Sequence record: NC_049977.1
Reading direction: 5' to 3' (one strand)
Length of the DNA stretch: 32,000 bases
Origin: Bacteroides phage crAss001
This document shows, one piece after another, positions 27,485 through 32,000 of the stretch (position 1 is its first letter; every line of letters starts with the position of its first letter). Position numbers and translations under genes: made by a program. Below the pieces are notes generated by a model, which saw nothing but the letters and a program-made list of their open reading frames with translations, was not told where the DNA came from and made no database searches.

Positions 27485-30400
27485 CTATAATTCATATAAT
27501 GTATTTGCACCACAGATTTTATCATTGTTTGCATCCTCATACTCAGTATTTGGATTGATAGAATTAATATCATCTGCTTTCCCTTCATTCACTTCAAGTG
27601 GAGCACCATACACCTGACTGAAAGCCTCACTTGCAATATCTTGAGTCAGACTTGAGAAATCATAGTTAAGATATTCTGGCATGGAGTCATAATCAATATT
27701 CTCTTCCTGATAGGCTGTTATATCCTGATTTATATTAGGAGTATAATCCCTATCATTCTTATCAATGACTGACTTCATTTCAGTAACATCCTTACCATAT
27801 TCATACTCAATGAAACTGTTCTTGAATCCAAGTGGGTCTATCCTTTCATACACAGCTACATTAGGTTGTACATTATCAGCTTGTGTAAGCCTGTAATATA
27901 TTGTACCTCCCTTGTATCTTCTTGCTATGTAATTAAAGAAGTCATAGGTTGTTTCCTCTCCTATTCCCTCTCTCTTCCTTATTACCTTCTTATCACTGTT
28001 GTTAGATTCAGTATCAATGGTTATTTTAACCATATCCAAAGCATCACCTTGTTCATTAGTGAAAGAAGTAGAAGCCTCTGTGGGAATCTCAGGAACCAAC
28101 TGTCTATTATCTAAGTGATTATAGATATACTGGTCAATAAACTGACTGTAATCATCCTCACTTTCCAACAATCCTCTCAGGGTATCAATATACTCTGGAA
28201 CAGATTGTCTGATAGCAGTTGGTGCTAAATGAATGAAAGTAGAAGGTCCAAATGCAAACCCATTTCTGTAATAACTGTATCTGAATAGATTAAGAGCTAA
28301 AGCCTGAGCTTCTGGTCCCATATATAACAATGATTGCCAGTCTCTCATATATCTTTCTCTCAGAGTAGGACTTAACTGACCAACATTCTTAAATATTACT
28401 GTATCTACAGGATTGTTTTGGTTAGCCCTTATTACTCTTAATCTCTTAACAAACTCAAGTTCAGCTATTTCAGGATGTTCACTCAATGTTCTGTTGAAAT
28501 AATCAGGGAAATTATTGATGAAATCCCTTCTCTTATCACTGGCTGTTGTAACCTTATCATCTGCTCTGAGGTTAGCTTCTTGCCCAAAGAATGATGTCTT
28601 GGACATAATATAGGCTAACAAATCATTGTAGATATTATTGAGTGTCTTTGCATTTAACTTGCCTGTCTTAGTGTACTGTCTTAAGCCTCTCAATCCCTCT
28701 TTACCATCAATTACTTCTCTGAAAGAGTCAGTGAATTGAGGGAAATATCTACTGAACATTTCTTGTGTCTGGTCAATACCAAGACTAAAGAATGCCTGTA
28801 AATAAGGTAATGGGGAGCTTAATAACTTCTCTCTTATCTGGTCAATATCCATACCTTTCATACTGAAAGGCATGATAACATCTGCACCAGTTAAAGGGGA
28901 GTTTTCATTTAGCACTACATTAGTCAGGAAATCATCAACCTTCTGTATCTTAATCTGTGTATCTGCAATAGTAGGACCTGCTGCACCACCTTGAGTATCT
29001 GCTCTTGTAGCTTGAACCAACTGTCCTAAAGCATCTGCTGTGCCCATTATTCTCTTAAATAAATAACCAGCAGCCACCTGCTTCTTATAGAACTCAACCT
29101 TTCTGTAGTCAGATGTCTGATTCCTATCACTTAATTCCTCTACTTCCTTCTGGAGAATAATATTGTCTGCCAATTCATCTGCCATGAACTTATTAGATTT
29201 ATAATTGTCATAGGTTACATCTTCCATCATTGCAGCCCTTTTCTTGTAGTTCTCAATGACTTCATCAATAATTGTGTCCTTTCCTTTGCCTTCTCTACTT
29301 TCTCTGAAATAGGTATTAGTAATATCCATTACAATTGGTTGTGACATAATCAAACCAATCTCAATAGGATTATAACCAAGCCTACTTAAAAGCATTGAGG
29401 CATCAGCAGTGAATGTATTTTGATTCAATGAAGCAAGCACAGGGTCTTTCACATTATCCACAGATGCAGCAAGGAAACCTGCATTATTCCTTGAGATATA
29501 CTCTTTATTGTCATTCATCAGACCGTGAAGAGAAGTTAGTCTCTTACCATTAAGTAAGAAAGAACCATTCTCAGTGTCAAGACCTAATTCAGTATGTTGC
29601 ATCAAAGCATGGTTTGCATTATGGTTGGCATAAATACCAATCAATGCTGCACCAGTCATATTCTGCTGATGAAGTTGAACCTGAGTCCTTGGATTAAGAG
29701 GGTCAAGTTTCTTCTTGAACTTCTCTGCCAATTTATCAAGTTGTTCCAAATCCATACTACTTAACTTATTAAGAGTACTTTGATTCTCAGGGATATTCAG
29801 TTCCTTCCTTAGTTCAGACTCTCTACTTGATTGAAGGATATTAATCATTCTTGCAGACTTCTTCTGATAATCAAAACCACCGGGGTTAAGCATCTTTGAA
29901 GCAGTGTCAGCATTAGTCAGAACACCCCACATCATATCAATCAATAGATTGTTTCTGGCTTCAAGACTATTCTCTTGTGGAGACTTGCTAAAGTCATATT
30001 CAATCTTCTCAATCTTATCCTCAGAAGATACTCTATACTTCTCTCTATTAGCTTTATATGTCTTCCAGAGATTATATTCCTGACTATCCTTAGGAGCTTT
30101 CCTACCATCATCTATGGCTCTGTTTACACTCTGTCTATATTCCTTCAACATTTCAGGAGATACAGCTTTTCCTTGTGTCAATTGAGCAACCAAATCATCA
30201 ACAAACTGTCTTCTATTATACTTAGGAGTTATCTTGAACTCAGGTAACATGATATACAATTTATCCACATCAAAGTCAGAACCACTCAAGGTAGTAATCT
30301 CTGATGGAAGCATGATTGAGCTACCATTTTGCTGAGGCAAGAAACCTTTGATATAAAGAGGAGCCATTGAGTATTTGTCCTCTGTTGGAACTCTATAACC

Positions 30401-32000
30401 AATCAACTTTCTCAAGCTGTCTGGTAATTTATTTACATCCAGTTCATGAGTACCTGCCTTCATAAGAGGTTCATAGAACTTCCTACTATATGCTGGCATA
30501 TAAACTTCGAGATATTTAATTCTCTTGTTCTCTCCTTCACCTTCAAAAACAATCTTCAATTCATCAGTAAGACCATAGTCAGATACCTGAATAAGTGCTC
30601 CTCCTCTAATCTTCTGCTTAGTAATTCTACTCTTGATAATGCTGTTCAGTAATGTTTGTACCCTCTGAGATTGTACAGGGTCAAATAATGGAATATTGAA
30701 TTGTCCTTTCTCATTAAGAGTACAGGCTCTAATCATATCAATTCCATATCTTTGATTACCTCTCAATTCCTCAAGAAGAATCTTCTCAACCTGTCTGGCA
30801 TCCTTGAAGATTTCATTTACATCAGCAAAAGCCTGAATGATATTCTCAGTGTTAATAGCATTGTACATATCTAACCATTCCTGCTTAGACATTTCCCTGC
30901 CATTTACATCAATCTTAACATCTGGACTAATATCTGCTGTAATCAGCTTTCTAATCTGAGTACCAACTAACTGAACTGCATCAATAGCATGTTCTGGAGT
31001 TGCAGTCTGAATACCATAGTCTTCATAGCTTACTTTATGAACCACATTAGGATTCTCAACACCATTCTGAGTAGTGGCATTCTTAAGTACAGACTTCACA
31101 TCTTCCTTAGTATTGACACTATTCAAATCAATAACACCTTGTTTCCCAACCTTAGTAGTTGATTCAAATTGAACTACATCAATTCCATTCTCTTCCATGA
31201 ACTCATTGATAGCTACAAGTTTACCTGATTTACCAAGTGGACCTGAAACTAACTGGTGCATAGCCATAAGAAGGAACTCAGAGTTCTTATGCTGAACTGG
31301 TGTCTTAATGCCTGTATGACCTTGAACTCCACTCATATTATTCACCTGAGTGTACACATAAGGTTTCTTAGTCTGCCAGATAATATTGAAATCAGCCATA
31401 TCCCACTTACCATTTTGGAAGTTATCAAAGGCTCTCTGCATATCATCTGTCCACTGACCAGACATATCAAGTATAGCTCTGTAAGAACTTAATGACCTAT
31501 AAGCCTGAGCATCTGCCACATTTACCTCTCTGAACTTATTCAAGATTAAATCCCTATCTCTCTTTGACATCTCACCTTTCTTGACTCTTTCATCAAGTAC
31601 AGTTGCAATATCATCAAGTGCAGAAGATACAATCTCATCATCCTTTAGATAGATAGTTCTCTCTTCCTTTCTACCATATTTAGAATTGGTATTAAGTCTA
31701 AGAGCAGGAGCATGAACTTCCTTATATCTCTTTTGGAAGTCCTCTATATTCTTGTAGAAAGCAAGGTCAGTTGTAGTGAGTTCAATGATTTGTGATGTAG
31801 CAAACTTACTATTCCAGAAGTATTCTCTCAACTTAGCTTTGGCATTATTTCTAATAACCAAGTTTCTGTTGATGCTATCTACTTCTTTGGGAGTAATCTC
31901 ACCTCTCACCATCTTCTCTCTCAACAAGTCCCTAATACTTTCAAAAAGAGTAGTTGCCCTTCTATCATCTACTGGATTATTATTGTTGTAATCCCTTAAA
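27485..32000 (-). CDS. Virion RNA polymerase-type subunit (double-psi beta-barrel DxDxD), 5'-truncated by the window edge
   Basis: YRVPTEDKYSMAPLYIKGFLPQQNGSSIMLPSEITTLSGSDFDVDKLYIM resembles the beta' pattern R-x-P-T...FNADFDGD. The track start at 31927 is a TTG; the frame is open to 32000 (LRDYNNNNPVDDRRATTLFESIRDLL...), so the ORF continues beyond the window. Confidence 0.85.
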   Translation of the reverse strand, partial: LRDYNNNNPVDDRRATTLFESIRDLLREKMVRGEITPKEVDSINRNLVIRNNAKAKLREYFWNSKFATSQIIELTTTDLAFYKNIEDFQKRYKEVHAPALRLNTNSKYGRKEERTIYLKDDEIVSSALDDIATVLDERVKKGEMSKRDRDLILNKFREVNVADAQAYRSLSSYRAILDMSGQWTDDMQRAFDNFQNGKWDMADFNIIWQTKKPYVYTQVNNMSGVQGHTGIKTPVQHKNSEFLLMAMHQLVSGPLGKSGKLVAINEFMEENGIDVVQFESTTKVGKQGVIDLNSVNTKEDVKSVLKNATTQNGVENPNVVHKVSYEDYGIQTATPEHAIDAVQLVGTQIRKLITADISPDVKIDVNGREMSKQEWLDMYNAINTENIIQAFADVNEIFKDARQVEKILLEELRGNQRYGIDMIRACTLNEKGQFNIPLFDPVQSQRVQTLLNSIIKSRITKQKIRGGALIQVSDYGLTDELKIVFEGEGENKRIKYLEVYMPAYSRKFYEPLMKAGTHELDVNKLPDSLRKLIGYRVPTEDKYSMAPLYIKGFLPQQNGSSIMLPSEITTLSGSDFDVDKLYIMLPEFKITPKYNRRQFVDDLVAQLTQGKAVSPEMLKEYRQSVNRAIDDGRKAPKDSQEYNLWKTYKANREKYRVSSEDKIEKIEYDFSKSPQENSLEARNNLLIDMMWGVLTNADTASKMLNPGGFDYQKKSARMINILQSSRESELRKELNIPENQSTLNKLSSMDLEQLDKLAEKFKKKLDPLNPRTQVQLHQQNMTGAALIGIYANHNANHALMQHTELGLDTENGSFLLNGKRLTSLHGLMNDNKEYISRNNAGFLAASVDNVKDPVLASLNQNTFTADASMLLSRLGYNPIEIGLIMSQPIVMDITNTYFRESREGKGKDTIIDEVIENYKKRAAMMEDVTYDNYKSNKFMADELADNIILQKEVEELSDRNQTSDYRKVEFYKKQVAAGYLFKRIMGTADALGQLVQATRADTQGGAAGPTIADTQIKIQKVDDFLTNVVLNENSPLTGADVIMPFSMKGMDIDQIREKLLSSPLPYLQAFFSLGIDQTQEMFSRYFPQFTDSFREVIDGKEGLRGLRQYTKTGKLNAKTLNNIYNDLLAYIMSKTSFFGQEANLRADDKVTTASDKRRDFINNFPDYFNRTLSEHPEIAELEFVKRLRVIRANQNNPVDTVIFKNVGQLSPTLRERYMRDWQSLLYMGPEAQALALNLFRYSYYRNGFAFGPSTFIHLAPTAIRQSVPEYIDTLRGLLESEDDYSQFIDQYIYNHLDNRQLVPEIPTEASTSFTNEQGDALDMVKITIDTESNNSDKKVIRKREGIGEETTYDFFNYIARRYKGGTIYYRLTQADNVQPNVAVYERIDPLGFKNSFIEYEYGKDVTEMKSVIDKNDRDYTPNINQDITAYQEENIDYDSMPEYLNYDFSSLTQDIASEAFSQVYGAPLEVNEGKADDINSINPNTEYEDANNDKICGANTLYEL

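Noticed and set aside
2967-31991. Many 60-130-aa ORFs on the strand opposite the large ORFs (e.g. 2967..3182 -, 8853..9053 -, 12968..13363 -, 21143..21508 -, 24592..24912 +, 31256..31492 +)
   Set aside because: They lie entirely inside much longer ORFs with recognisable or coherent protein sequence, and are low-complexity Ile/Leu/Ser/Phe-rich translations typical of antisense shadow ORFs.
1-32000. Genome-wide amber or opal codon reassignment
   Set aside because: All long ORFs are open with the standard code; TAG ends ORFs at 16110 and 27485 and TGA ends ORFs at 6518 and 23219. Only the single TAG at 16110 is a plausible readthrough site.
1-32000. CRISPR array, diversity-generating retroelement, toxin-antitoxin or defence island, tRNA
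   Set aside because: I saw no regularly spaced repeats, reverse transcriptase motif, recognisable toxin/antitoxin or defence proteins, or tRNA-like cloverleaf in the few short intergenic gaps.

Overview
This window looks like an interior segment of a crAss-like (Crassvirales-type) podovirus that infects Bacteroidales. I base this on gene content and order; no homology search was run. A + strand block (about 2-23144) encodes virion structural, tail and ejection-type proteins. It contains a P22 gp4-like tail-tube/connector candidate, a 1371-aa P22 gp10-like stabilisation ('muzzle') candidate, and three consecutive large candidate internal/cargo proteins. It runs into a - strand block (23219 to beyond 32000) that encodes a virion RNA polymerase-type subunit with a DFDVD metal-binding motif, a 1349-aa partner ORF and a small conserved protein. 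Two GIY-YIG/NUMOD homing endonuclease ORFs are wedged into the + block. I found three rho-independent-type terminators in the + block, one probable bidirectional terminator at the convergent junction, and two good matches to the Bacteroides promoter consensus (TTTG / TAnnTTTG). The points most worth a second look are: (1) a single in-frame TAG separates the 534-aa and 2341-aa ORFs; (2) the 2341-aa ORF combines RecB-like PD-(D/E)XK motifs with an HEAFH zincin motif; (3) the 1349-aa - strand ORF has a zincin-like site whose first His is replaced (EEFAH); (4) one promoter-like -7 box lies inside a terminator-like hairpin. No CRISPR array, defence island, tRNA or retroelement was seen. Both edge ORFs are truncated by the window.
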